From: Harriotta raleighana
Taxonomy: Eukaryota
Length of the DNA stretch: 64,000 nucleotides
Assembly: GCA_050575255.1 (NCBI GenBank)
Contig: JBNZDD010013726.1
Location: forward strand, 2,044,481 to 2,108,480
Direction: 5' to 3'
The notes beneath the pieces are model-generated. The model searched no databases. It saw only the letters and a program-made list of their open reading frames with translations, and had not been told where the DNA came from. Position 1 is the first letter of the stretch. The number at the start of each line of letters is the position of its first letter. This document shows positions 39,649-53,021 of the stretch, one piece after another. The translations under genes were made by a program, and so were the position numbers.

Positions 39649-42600
39649 CCAGAAGCAACATTTTTACAATGAGAAGTTATTTGACCCATGAATAACTGTT
39701 AAATATTGCTATGTGAAATGGGCTTCAACATGAGCTTTTACTGTACATATATGTTCACAAGTGTTGAAGAAAGCAAACTCCAGGTTTTGGGGGAATGATA
39801 CAAAACAGCTCCTGTACTTGACAGCAGTGAGATACAATCAATATCTCCATCTGTAAGACTAAGCAGATACCCCATGTAAGAAGCTGCAGCTGAGTTATAG
39901 TCAGCCTTAAAACTGCAAATATTTGTCATTTCTGGGCAGCACATACCAATGATATTGTGAAATATCAACTTTACACCCCATGTCAGTCAAAGGAAATCAC
40001 CATTCAGTTTAAATTAATTGCTGGAACCATCTTTCTATCCTTCCCTCTATCAATAAAATAGCCTTTAGCTCCTGTAAGTGTGTTGTTTCAGGTCACTACC
40101 GTCACTATCAGCAGCAGTAGCTCAGGTGTTTGGTTAATATGTATCAACCATGCTATTGAAGTCTCAACATGCCTGCTGCACAACAACTAGTTTTTTTTTC
40201 CAGGCACATATCACAAAAAATAGATCTATGCAATAGCCAGCAGTGAATTAAGGGCTGCAATCCAATCAAGAGGTTTACGTGGTATCAAAGAAACAACCCT
40301 GCCTGCTGCACAAACGTCCATCTGAACCTTAAAATTCAATTACAACCCTTTAAGGCACTCCTGGGTATCTATGCTAAAAATAGATAGCCTCAAATATGTA
40401 ATAATGAGAAAACAATGTGGCAGCTTCCCCTTCAATCTCAAAGATAGTGAACGCAGTGGGGATTGATAATAAGACTACTAGCTAGTAGTCTCTATCATGT
40501 TTCTGTCCTCATTACCTTGAAATGCAGCTGCCTTCAGTCCAATTCTCAGTGTAATTTGCAGGTTTCATACAGCAGCAAGTCTCACAAACAGCAGTACAGT
40601 ACAGAATGGCTCATTATGTAATTATGGTAAGAGCAAATCTTCATGGTCAACTCTATGGCTGACGCAAAGCCAGGTTAGCAATCATTTTGTTTAAAAATAA
40701 AGTCAGAATAAAGTTTAAGACTTTTAAAGCAGAAAGGTTCAGATATTTTTCAGAGTATATATTTCATTACATCTCAATTTGAGGGTTAGAGGTAATTTCA
40801 TTGTCATAATGAATAACCAAGGGGCAATTAATTTATTGACTGTTTCTTTCTGTATGTTCTCCAATCTCCAAACATGCAGTCATGACAACTATATTTTAAA
40901 TTGGATCTAATCTACACTTAATCACAGGTGACAAACCTTTAGCACATTTCTTGCATCAAATGACTCCCTTTCACGTGGATTGTGTTTTCCTGAAGCCGTG
41001 TTTCTGTCTTCAACTGAAATGAAAAAAAACATAACCACAGCTTTAAAAAAATTATTTTGAAACCAGGTAATAAATATACCTTCACCCAAAGAATAATGGA
41101 AATCTGGAATTTACTCCACCAAGACTGCTGAATCCATTCACATTTTCAAAACTGAGGTGAGTAAATATTTGTTAGTTCAGGGTATCAAGGGATACAGGGC
41201 AATGGTAGATAATTGGAGTTGAGGTACATATCAGCCATTATCTTATCGAGTGGCAGAACAGCCTGGAGAGACTGAATGACCGAGAGAAACCTAGAAAAGC
41301 ATGGATATTCAGATAGTATAGAAAATAGAAGATGAGATTCGATCAAGCTATATACAAATTAATCATCCATTTTGTAATCTAAATAAGCTATCTTTATATC
41401 AATATCTCCAGTTCATAAAGGTTAGCCTTACAGTCAATAGTACACTTTAGTTTTGCTGGAACAAAGGTACTTGTGTGTGAGCAGGCCAGCAATTAGCTAC
41501 GATCTACAGATATAGCAATAAATAATTGGTTTCTGAATGTGCCTGGCACAACCCAGGTTCATAATAGGATTGAGAGACGATGGGCGACCACTACTTCACA
41601 TACCAGTTGGGTCCTTTCTGAAGATAGTGTTCATCAGAGTCGCGTGGAGCTTCACCCGGTCCCACTCCTTCCCCATGAGTCCCGATGCAATGAACCGCTC
41701 CATCAATCCATCGGCAATTAGCTGTAACCTGCAAACAAAACAATGATTGGACCAATGTGTTCATTGTTGGACAGCAGCAACAGACCTTACAGGACCAGAT
41801 AGCCGCAGGTTTATACTCTGAAGTACATAGATCAAAGTACAATTTTCAAAATGGGAATGGAACTATATATAGCAGGATGTCTTCTACAGCAAGTCTTGGC
41901 TGTATGGACAAAACGTGACAGGTTACCAAGTTGGGAAAAGTGAATGACTGAACTAAAAAATCTATTACCTTGCAAAGACCCAATTTTATTTTTAAAATAA
42001 ATACTGGGCTTTCCTTCTCTATGTTCTGTTTCATTCCCCCCACCCGCCCCCACTCTTTTCTCCTGAAGGCATGACTCATGCTGAAATATTGGCGCCGAGT
42101 GCCCTCTGGTACCTGGGACAAAGGGCCATTCATCACTCGAGTCATGACAAGTGAGCCGTTGGCAATAATTTAACTGTGGCAACACCACAGCCATGCCCAA
42201 TCCTGTCCTAATTCAGAAAGGGATAAAGAACAGCTAGGCCAAAGACACATTCTTTAAGTATCCACTGGAGGCATAGCTCTAATAGGTAATACTCCAATGC
42301 AACATGTCAGAGTCATGGAATATTTTTTACCCCATAATTCTCCATGTGGCAAGTCCATCATCCCAACTGAACACTAAACAAGTGCCAAAGCTTTTCCATA
42401 CAACAGAGCTGCTTCTTATATATTTATTACCATTAAATGGATTGGGAAGGAATCATCTGTATTTTCCTCAGTCTAGGTACTAAAGGACCAAAACAGAGGA
42501 AAATAAGCTTTTTTTTTCCTAACACCCAATTTAAAATCTCTACCTGTTATCAGCAAAAGCTTTGTTAAAAAATGTGGCCTGCTGCCTTCCTAACTAAAGG

Positions 42601-45600
42601 GCATTTAAAATCCTCAAATTTAAGAATTTTCACTCATAATCTGGGTAAATATTTGCTATCACGCATTAGTTTGGTTGCAGTTAATATGATCACTAATTGT
42701 GCAACAGTCCAATGGTACAGAAGAGTCTTTGTGACAAGATTAATGTCCTGTGTACAAATACACAAGCAATTCATCTTATCCAAATGATTCTGGTTCCTGA
42801 ACTTCATTTACATGTACTAAAGTGAGAGCATACAATTTTTTCAACCCCACACTGAAAAGTTTTACAGATAACTCAAGAGAATACTTATTTTAATATAATT
42901 AGGATGAAAAACAACACCTCTCAGTAACTGGAAGCAAAGGCATTGCCCCCAGACATCTATCATTAGGAATAACAACAACAAAATTACATTTGTATAGTGC
43001 CTTTCACATCTGGAGGACATCCCAAGGCGCTGGACAGGGTTTCAGACCTGAGCTAGGGTTGGGACCGGGAAGGGTTGAGGGAAGGGAGTTGACCGATGGC
43101 ACGGTCAAAGAGGAGGGGAGGGGGTGAGGCGGAGGGATTGCTAGATGGAATTCCAGAGGTTGGACACAGAGTTGCTGAAGGCTTGTCCTTGAACATTTCT
43201 CAAACAGCTAATAAACATTCCCACAGGGAGGCAGTTGTCAGTGATCAAGAAGACCCATTAGTTCTGTGCTGGATAATTCTTGCATGTACCAAAAAAATTA
43301 CTCTCTGTAATGATTTTAACCTCACCATTTAAAAAATAAGATAATTGAAGTGACTGATCAGTTCCATAAGTGGTTGCTTCATGTAGACATGGCTTTACCT
43401 TGTTCCACAAAAAGTCAACTAGTTATACTAGGAGTTACAGTAGGAAAACCACTCTGAAAATGTCAAAACAATCAGGATATGGATGGATACATACTTATTA
43501 GTCCCATCTTTTGTTTGAATTTTTCCATAAAGAACATCCACCATTCCTGGGTCATCGTTCATATATTCAATCCCTGCTACCTTAATGAGAAGTGGCTTTC
43601 CACATATAACATCCCTGAAACAGACAAGCAGTGGAACAGTCATCAACAACAAGAAATCACATATGTATAGCTCCTTTCACATCAAAGGGAGGTCCCAAGA
43701 TGTCAAATCAGTGGTCTTTTGAACAGTAATTGTTCAGTAAGATGGTTACCAAAAGGTTCAGACACCCCAAAATTCCACCTAGATTTAGCTGATAAGGCAA
43801 TTCTTAAAAATGACTTCCTAAATTAAGATTGAATTTGATAAGACAAAATGGAATTATAGTTTGAGTGATTGAGAAGACAACATAAATCACACAAGCAAAG
43901 CTAAGCGTGAATACTTCACCTTCCTTACAGGCCTTTCAATACAACAATAACATTATATTTGAATACAATGCACATACGCTTCTCTCTTGTAATCACAAGA
44001 GTCACTAAATTTCCAAGTAACATTGTATGAAATGTTTTTTGACATAGTATGTCATGTCATGAATCCTCTTCCTAAGTAGGAAGTCTTGTTTTAAATTGTG
44101 GTCACATTCCAAAATTATGATTTAGCACATCTGGTTGTTTAGAACAGGCAGCTAATGAACTGTTGTTGACCATTTTTAAGCGCAGTTAACACTCCATAAT
44201 CTAGTCAAAATCAAACCGATGATTGATATTTTCCCTCTCTGTCGTAAAAGTGTATTAGAAAGGAAGTCACACAAAACAGATAGTCATTTATTTTCTGTGA
44301 AAACACAGTGCTAGAATATATTTTATCTTAAATAACACACGTGGAGTCGATAAAAACTGGTCAGTGTCAAAGAGATGGAATAGATTGATTGAAACACAGA
44401 AGGAAATTTAAAACTGTTGAGCAGAAGGCAGAATGCATTTATATTCATATTCTTCAGTGAGTTTAAGATTTGTTGCTTTATTAGCATTTGCACATAAAGG
44501 GAAAGAATAGTGACTAAAACATACGTACAAGAGGAGTCACATGACATATTCCTCCTTTTTCTTACACCTAAAATATTTTGAATCTGGGAAATGTTTACTG
44601 TAAAACACAATTCTCTTCAATCTCCAACAAGATCTTGTAGATGGCCTTTCATACACCTTTACCAGTTATTCCCATCACATCTCCACCAACCTAACCAAGC
44701 AAGGGTGGAGTGGGACTCATTCTTCTTCCTCGTTCATATAGCAAGCCTGTGGTTGGAATCCAATCCTTGCCTTTCTCCTCTTGTATGGTACAATTGTGTC
44801 AAATATTAATATTCCTTCATTTGTTAAAGTACTTTTGAAACATGTCTCCCTTTTTGAATAGTAACCTATCCCTGAATAGGTAGACAGGATCTTAGTCTAA
44901 AATCTAATTTGAAGGATGGCTCTCTGGCAATGCAGATCTCCTCAACAATGCACCGGTGTACAAATCTCAACATAAAACTTGCAACATTGAAAAGACCATT
45001 CCCAGGACCCAGTACATTTTAGATGTGTAAGGAAAAGGGAGGTGTATGTCTTGCATCCATTTTTGTGTGTATGTTACAGAAACTACTTTTCTTTATCTCT
45101 ATGCACATATGGTAATAAAGTAGCTTCTGGGAGCCATCGGAAACCACAAATAGAAGAGTGGAGGTATATTTTGCTCAATTAAACAGTTTTAATTGTAGTT
45201 TTAGTACAAGGCCATCTTAAGATACACAGCTGATCTCGACTTAGAATCTGTTTGATCCCTTTCCTCCTCCATTAAAACAGAATGATTTATTCTGGGATAT
45301 ATTCTATTTTCTCCCCCAAACAGTACATTGAGTATAGGAAAGGATGTGATGAGAAAAGGTAATTTGGAACCATCACACCCATTCAACATATCATACAAAA
45401 TCTTTACTTTGGAAACTAACTAATAATGGACTGAGGAATTCTGAACACATTCGTTGGTCGACTCACTGTAGAGTTTGTACTGTTAGTAGTATGTATATGT
45501 TGAAATGAAAAAGAGTGCAATAAACTGACCAAATTAGCAGTTTGACTACATTAATATACAGTCAGTTTTTTCCTGCTTTTCTTCCCCCGACCCCTCCCCT

Positions 45601-48600
45601 GACTTGACTGTACAGCGCCTTGGGACGTCCTCCTGACGTGAAAGGCGCTATATAAATATAATATAGAAATAAAATATAAATAAAATTAATAGTGTAGCAT
45701 TAAGTTTAGTTTCCAATGTACTGTCATATATCACACCAGACTGCAGGACCTATGCCTTCCTCTTCTTTCTCTAGATACACAACTAGCTGTAGGATTGGTG
45801 TTTTGTTCCTCTTCCCTATTCTGTATCTTGGGATAAGTCATTGTTAATACTGTGTTCAGAATTTCAATTATGTGGAATCTAAATTCCAGCACTGCATCAC
45901 TATCTGGCAAAGCATTAGACCAAGATTCAGCTTCTTGAAATCCTGATTTGATTTTTAAGTTAAATTAAAGATAATACCAAATGAAGCTATGGAAGACAAT
46001 GGCAGAAAATTAGCCAATTCAAATCAAATTAGTCTGTGTTAAAGAGTAAAAAAAAANNNNNNNNNNTTTTTTTTTAAATCTAGATGCACTTTGTTTCTCC
46101 AAAAATTTTGTACAGTATTAGGAATTTAAAAATGCATTGTTCAAAATATTCCACCCTTAATCATTAAAGCACTATGCTTTACTGGTGATTTTTATAGCAG
46201 CATGAATTGAAGTGCTAGCAAACAGCAAGATTAATTGATATTTCAGAAGAGGCTACCTCCATATATTAATATATTAAACTTCTTTTGATTCTGAGAATTT
46301 ATTCAATATTTCTTCTGACCATTTCCATTGTAACTCAGATCTTTATGGCACTATTTCTGTTTCATAATGGTATGAGATTTTCATTTTTTCAGTGTTAAGG
46401 CCATAGCATCCTAGCTTTTTAACTTATTCTATTTTCTGATGTATGTCATTATAAAAAGCAGCAGGTCCCATTCAGTATTGGTGATTCACTAACAGCATCT
46501 CAGAGCTGTTAGCAGCAAATCCTGTTGCCAACCAATAGTACATCATGGCTGACAATTTATTTCTAGTGTTTCAGAGTGGATCTGGCAAGCTGGCCTCTGT
46601 CGTGTTGGTTACTGTTAGGATTCTATGTCAATGGCTCTAAATGGCTGTTATTCAATCTATTTGGGAATGTTTGCTTTTTTGTGGAACATTTATCATGATA
46701 CATATCATTCTAATTGGAAGTGCTTGTCTCTATGTTGTGTTAAATTTGTTATCTTTTTTTCCCGGATAAGCTCTCAGACTTTAACAATTGGTTTACATCC
46801 AGCCCCATGAGATGTTTGTATCTGGGATGGAATCACATCTAAAATAAGTGGGGGATTTTTAAAGGAAGGAGTTACTTCCTGAGATCTTTATGAATTTCAA
46901 TTTCAATGCATTTCTCCCTATTTTTCCTGACAAGTTCCATTTTGTGCAACTGTTATTGGAGGATAAGTGTTAAAAACCTTAGCCTCATTACTTGTAAGTG
47001 TATCCGTGAGTTTTTTTTAATTCATCAGAGTAAGGACTAAACACCAGTGACATGACGTGTTAATTGTATGCTTGGAATTGTTTGGGAAGATGAGGGTTAA
47101 AGCACTTGTTTCAATATTTAATTAGGGAAAGATTTGGATTAGTAATTCTGCTAAACTAATGGTGTTCCAATATGTCCAAGGGAAAAATATCACCCCATCC
47201 ATCAGTAAAATATTAATACTTTTCTTTCTGTTACAGAAATTTGAAAATTACCATTTTGGTGAAGTCGAGCTGAACGCTGTGCACATCTCCCAAAGGTTCT
47301 CCTCTGACAGTTCTGGGTTCTACACTTCTTCTGGAGTCATTAACTTCTCATAAGCCACAGTCTTAATGAACCATGATTAATCTACAGGCGGTGATGTGCA
47401 GGATAACATCCTCTGAAGAGTATCTCTCAGAGATACAACTTTCACAGCTCACTGTGGTATCTTTAGAGAAACAATCTCATACTTGCCAAATAATCACTGA
47501 TGCACGTCCTCTCTTCTGGGGAGAGGAGTTGAATCAATATACACAGTGCTACAAGAACATTCCACTGACATAATGGCTATCATTGTTAGCACATTTGTAT
47601 AAAGAATGGTGATTGTAGAACATTGCTGTCTGCCTGAGAAGACGTGATTTCACGTTTTTATAATTCATGATTGTATAGCTCTGCCTGCAAATTAGGATAA
47701 AGGTTAGGTATTTATATTTGCTTGAAATGTTTGATTTGAGAAATTTTGTTTTACCTATTAAGGTGAGAGATGTTAGTACTGAAAAATTGAACAACTTTCC
47801 ATTTTGGGCACCCAGGAGTCAGGCACAGCTCTACTCATGTCTTTATATAGTTATGGAAGCAAATGTTGCTTCCATTAGTGCCTTTGGATTGATATTCCCA
47901 CATACTGAAGTCTATATTAAGATGTTCTGTTTGCTGTTGCCTAATTATTCTGTGAGGTGGGTGGAAGCCATAAATTGTAATATTCCACAAAAGCATAATA
48001 TGCTTCCATGACTGTTTGTGGGACACTGCTGTGTGCAATTTGGCTGCCGCGTTTCGCCCACAAATATACAGTCAGTATTTTCCTGCTTTTCTTCCCCAAC
48101 CCCTCCCCCCACTTGACTGTACAGCGCCTTGGGACGTCCTCCTGACGTGAAAGGCGCTATATAAATATAATATAGAAATAAAATATAAATAAAATTAATA
48201 GTGTAGCATTAAGTTTAGTTTCCAATGTACTGTCATATATCACACCAGACTGCAGGACCTATGCCTTCCTCTTCTTTCTCTAGATACACAACTAGCTGTA
48301 GGATTGGTGTTTTGTTCCTCTTCCCTATTCTGTATCTTGGGATAAGTCATTGTTAATACTGTGTTCAGAATTTCAATTATGTGGAATCTAAATTCCAGCA
48401 CTGCATCACTATCTGGCAAAGCATTAGACCAAGATTCAGCTTCTTGAAATCCTGATTTGATTTTTAAGTTAAATTAAAGATAATACCAAATGAAGCTATG
48501 GAAGACAATGGCAGAAAATTAGCCAATTCAAATCAAATTAGTCTGTGTTAAAGAGTAAAAAAAAAAGGTTTGTTAGTGTGCCATGGCTGCCAATCATTAC

Positions 48601-51600
48601 GAAAGCAGCACGTGCACTAGCGATTAAAAAGATTCATTGTTATATCTATTTGAAAGGTTCTAATCAATCAGACTTAAAATTGTTTTTCTTAGTTCCTCAC
48701 AAAAATGTTTATGCCACTTACTATAAAACCTGTAAAAGCCTCAACAGTATTCAAACATATATCAAGCATTCACCATGCTGAATGATATTAAACATGAGAG
48801 GTATGTGATTTTGAATTACTAAACACATTTAAAATACAAGACATGAATTTCTAAAATCAGCCTTACAACCTTTCCTTCTGTCACATCTCATTAAGAGTGA
48901 CAAACAGAAGCCCAATTCCTGAGAAAACAAGTTAGTTTGACAGCTTCACCAGTGCTAAGCTTGAACTGTCTATTTTTGCCAAATTAAAATCCTGGTGAAA
49001 AAGTGTTAGGGGTAAAACCTAAAATTACCTATAACTACCAAAACCATACAGCAAAGAACATGTCAGCTGGTCTAACTAATCCATGCCAGTCCTCATATTC
49101 CAGAAAAGTCCTCCCACATTTCAAGTCCTGCTATAGTAGTTTATGTAATTAACACAGCCTATTGGAAATAAAGTTTTTAAATTATATAACCATTGTATTT
49201 TTTTAATAGCTGTTTAATAGCTCTGTTAGTAAGCGATGAAGGATTTTTTTAAGGCATTGCTACAAAATGTCTCTTTGGTCCAAACAGCTGACAGTTCAGT
49301 CTCCTGGATATACAAATCTTCACTTGCACAAACGTTTGTTCTTTTAAGAAAGAAAGAAACCTGATTTTTTTCAGTTTACGTCAGTTAGCTCTGATATATA
49401 CACTGCTGATATCAGGGAGTTAGCAGGTTGGTTGCACAATATGCTGCACTGCAGAGTATTGGAATGCAGTAACTCTAAAATGGAGATAGAGATTTTTTTT
49501 TAAAAAAGCACCTGGGGTTATTTCTCATTTCCCTCCTATTGATCAGCTGCTGTTAAAGATCACCAGAAAATATCCTCAAATAAATAACTCATTAGAATGA
49601 TGCTGAAGCAAGGGAGCAGGGTTTGCTATAGTGATTGTATAAAGAAATTAGAAGAAACTTGATTAATGCGAACAAAACGCACAATACTGCAGATGCTGGG
49701 AATCTGAAAAAAACACAGAAGTTGCTGGGGAAACTCAGCAAGTCAGGCAGCATCCATGGAGAAAGGAAAGCGAGTCAACGTTTCGGGTCCACGACCCTTC
49801 GTCAGATGACTCACTTTCCTTTCTCCATGGATGCTGCCTGACCTGCTGAGTTTCCCCTGCAACTTCTGTGTTTTGATCAATGCGAATCCTGGTTAAAGGA
49901 AGAATGGGTATTACACAATCACTTTCTCAAAACATCCCAGGTACAAGACAAGTGTGTAATTAATCAGTTTGCCACAACACCCATAATCTGGAAAAGACTG
50001 ATGAAATGGTACAAAATAAATTGTACAAATTAAATGACTTTGATATACGGGTATGTTGCAGATTCAGCCATTGAAATTAAGGAAAGATTTTGAAGGCTTG
50101 TTCTTGTGACTGAAAGAACATATCCAAATGTTTCTATGGCATCTTGTGGTAGTAAATGGGTACTGCATCAAACTATAAATCACTGAAAATCTCTGTGTGA
50201 ATAGCACAGGCTTGGAGGGCCGCGGGTTTACAATTTGGAGTGCATCTTTGTGAAGAACCGCAGTCATTGGGGCTACAGTAGCAAGGATGAAGCTATTTTC
50301 ATGGAGACTGGGGAGAGGAGATGAAATATTTTTAGAAGATGTAAGGCGACATCTAAAGCTATGTACTGTACTGTATTAGCATATTTATTACTTTAGGCAT
50401 TTCATGTCTTTTCACATCTTTCAGGGGTAGGAGGAAGGGCAAGTAAGGACCAATTTTAGTGTAAATCAGAAGCCAGAGATAAAAAGGGTACATTTTATAC
50501 CAACTATTTTACTGCTGCTTCCCTTCTCAAAGACATTTACTTCCTATTCAGCAAACTGCACTGTATAAAAGGAATGTTCCTTTGGTTGTAGAAAGAGATG
50601 CAAATGGCTTTCTGTGTAAGGAATTCCTACCATATTATCAATGAAGGAAGGTGTTCACTTCACTTTCCCTTTCCAATAAATCTCCACTTTCAACTCTTTC
50701 CTGCACAACATAGATGTTATTATAAGTACTCAAGCTTTCAAAGTGGCTTTCCATGACTGCCATTCAGGACCTGGAGGAACACCAATACACTGAGTGGACA
50801 AGACTAGAATTTTAAATGTTTTTCTACTACCTTACAAATTGCTTTTGGAAGAGGGGAAACAAGTAGTTTACTCTCAAAGCACTCCTACCCAATTATTGCG
50901 TGCTTGAAAAAGCAATGTAGCAATATCTCAACCGTAAAGAATCAAAGCAGAGCAGTTACAACATTCGGAGACTATTGGTGTTAAAGCAGAATACTAGCTG
51001 TCACTAGGCCGACTCACTTTATTAAGTCATCTTCACACTTCTGTAGCAGCTCACAAGCTTTCCCAACTTCCGCATCATTAAGGAGGACCAGAGTTCCAAT
51101 CGTCAGATGCAATTTTGCTGGATTCTGGAAAATGCTGCTGTCAATCCCACGATCCTAGCAGAAACCAGGAACAAAGAATTATTGTACAATTTCTCTGCTC
51201 AATTGTGAAATTGTACCCCAGAAGTTAGAAAACATCTTCACATATACGAGTAGGTACCATCCCATCGATTCCCTATCCCCCGCTTCATTAACGTGTTCAC
51301 ATACCCGAGAGCATAGATCCAAAACCTCCTCCTTAAATTTCAGGAACTGTTCCCGAATCTTTGGATGGTTGATAGCAAAAGACAGGAAATGAGTAAAGGG
51401 CTGCTTTCTGCGGAAACTCTCCAACATCATCTCAATTCGAGTTTGGGCTGAAATCACACCAGACTGTTGCTGTCCAGTGATGACTGAAAAAAACAAATGT
51501 TAATCTGGATGGGGAGGGGTGAAGATTTTTTTTTGTGCTTAATGGTATTGTAGGGATATTTTTCTCCCCTTTGCATTTGGAGACAGTAAGCATGCAGTAC

Positions 51601-53021
51601 TTCGTATTTTCTTTAGGATCTGCTATACTACAAACCTGTCCTTGTATTATTTTACAAAATGTCAAACTAGAGCAATTGACTACACAATGTGACTATTGTG
51701 TAGTTTGTCTTGGATTGTGACTATATATCTACAACATAGATTTAAAAAAACTGATTTTTCATAACCTAAAAAGAAAATTCTGCACTGATAAGATTGTTCC
51801 CTTCAGCATATGCCAAGCCTCACCTATCTCTCCTTCCACTCCAGCTTTAGGTATGGTTATGGAAGTTCGAGTTTCAGTCTCGAGTTTTCTTTTTGTTTCT
51901 CCTTTCTTTCCAATAACATATCTGCAAAACAAAACTTTTGTTTTGTCATACACTCCACATTAAGTTGACATCACCGATAAGCCTGAGAAAAAATAAAACT
52001 GTTAAAAAGAGTTTTCTCAATCAATTTCATTCTATTGGTCAACAATACACATTTTACCCTCATGAAGTATGCATCCTGCATTGTGCTTTTTAAACTAATC
52101 AGCTATGAGCTCATTTACACAGGGAAATCATTTAATTATTGCCCTATGAAACTGACCAATTCCTGTTAAAAGCTAGAGTTGATGATTGCAAACCTGCTAC
52201 ATATATTAACATAACCACACTCAAAATGTAGAGTGAAATTTGGAATGGATAGCGTGAAGTACTCTGTGTGATGCATTTCCAAATACTGGCAGTCTCCAGT
52301 CAAGTCCCAGAGTGGCTATTTGCAACTCCAGTTACGATTCAATACGATTCAGTAGCAAAATCCTTAATACGTATGACAACTCACTTGTAAAGAGAACTGG
52401 GTACTTCCATAGCACATCGGTATCCTCGCTCTGTGTGATCAATCGTTAGAGTGTCACATGGCTCATCCAAACAATCTGCAGCACCTGAAAGAAAGAAGAT
52501 AGGTTAATAGCAGGAATCCTGAATGTATTTGAGATTTAAGTCAATGATTATCCATATCACCACTATAATTAATACAACCAGATAGATCCAAAGAGTCTTC
52601 TGGGAAATTTGTGTGTATGTTGGGAGGGTACTATTAGATTAATGTTCCTGCTTGGAATTGGAACTATATTACCCCTGGATGTTTAAAAAATTGAATACAA
52701 AAAGACTAAAACTACTGTAGAAGTTTATTGCATGCAGTTAGTGTAAATGTGGGATATATTACTAGTGTTTCTTTTAAAAAGTGGTTCATTCATTTTAATT
52801 CAGAACACATTAGAATGGCATTGCAGAACCAGAGAACAATCTTTTTCACGGATTTTGGTCAAAAGGACCATAATACCAGGTGGGGTTGACAGTATGCTCC
52901 TGTAAGTACCAGAGTAATTGAAGTCTTCCTCTTCTTCATTCTGATACACTTGCTCTTTGACCAGGTTTTTTCGGTAAATCCGTCCTTCAATATTAATCAG
53001 CACTGGTCGAAGAACATCCAT
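38362..53021 (-). CDS. ASCC1: Activating signal cointegrator 1 complex subunit 1, complete, 354 aa: join(52910-53021,52385-52484,51824-51921,51305-51483,51018-51154,43495-43614,41604-41728,40937-41013,38362-38478)
   Basis: MDVLRPVLINIEGRIYRKN start; KH domain (IGKKGETK); 2H-phosphoesterase HxT motifs KLHLTIG and KLHATLM; C-terminus SGVINFS*. Total 1065 nt in frame, all introns GT-AG. Confidence 0.96.
40937..41013 (-). CDS. ASCC1: ASCC1 exon (VEDRNT...RERESFDARNVLK)
   Basis: 77 nt; CAG acceptor; GTTTGT donor; RESFD motif. Confidence 0.92.
41604..41728 (-). CDS. ASCC1: ASCC1 exon (LQLIADGLMERF...VKLHATLMNTIFRKDP)
   Basis: 125 nt; CAG acceptor; GTATGT donor; second HxT motif. Confidence 0.95.
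43495..43614 (-). CDS. ASCC1: ASCC1 exon (DVICGKPL...GIEYMNDDPGMVDVLYGK)
   Basis: 120 nt; CAG acceptor; GTATGT donor. Confidence 0.95.
45553..46056 (+). repeat. ~500-bp direct duplication, second copy at 48063-48566
   Basis: Identical by eye apart from the first ~55 nt; the first copy ends at the gap. Confidence 0.92.
46057..46066. other. Assembly gap (10 N) between A and T homopolymer runs
   Basis: N run. Confidence 0.99.
46067..48172. repeat. Right copy of 2106-bp inverted duplication; includes a + strand copy of the ASCC1 last exon (47237-47353); likely assembly artefact
   Basis: Begins immediately after the 10-N gap (46057-46066); ORF translations identical to 37543-39648. Confidence 0.93.
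49684..49874. mobile_element. Penelope-like element terminal fragment with an inverted repeat
   Basis: Arms 49710-49777 and 49807-49874 are reverse complements; same family at 11601-11735 and 54743-54863; carries a hammerhead core. Confidence 0.7.
49772..49812 (-). ncRNA. Minimal type-I hammerhead ribozyme-like motif
   Basis: GAGTCAT-CTGACGA-A-GGGTC-GTG-GACCC-GAAAC-GTT-GACTC: both core boxes, a 5-bp stem II and a palindromic ACGT stem III. Confidence 0.6.
51018..51154 (-). CDS. ASCC1: ASCC1 exon (DRGIDSSIFQNPAKLHLTIGTL...)
   Basis: 137 nt; TAG acceptor; GTGAGT donor; first HxT motif. Confidence 0.95.
51305..51483 (-). CDS. ASCC1: ASCC1 exon (VITGQQQ...QPFTHFLSF...LCSR)
   Basis: 179 nt; CAG acceptor; GTATGT donor. 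Confidence 0.95.
51824..51921 (-). CDS. ASCC1: ASCC1 exon (YVIGKKGETKRKLETET..., KH GxxG loop)
   Basis: 98 nt; CAG acceptor; GTGAGG donor. Confidence 0.95.
52385..52484 (-). CDS. ASCC1: ASCC1 exon (AADCLDEPCD...VPSSLYK)
   Basis: 100 nt; CAG acceptor; GTGAGT donor. Confidence 0.93.
52910..53021 (-). CDS. ASCC1: ASCC1 first coding exon
   Basis: ATG at 53021 (a second in-frame ATG at 53030); probable CAG acceptor at 53038-53040; GTACTT donor. Confidence 0.93.

Noticed and set aside
47159-47353. Plus-strand ORF resembling the ASCC1 C-terminus as a separate or antisense gene
   Set aside because: It is the inverted duplicate of the last exon and its intron flank; no other exons accompany it and it is likely an artefact.
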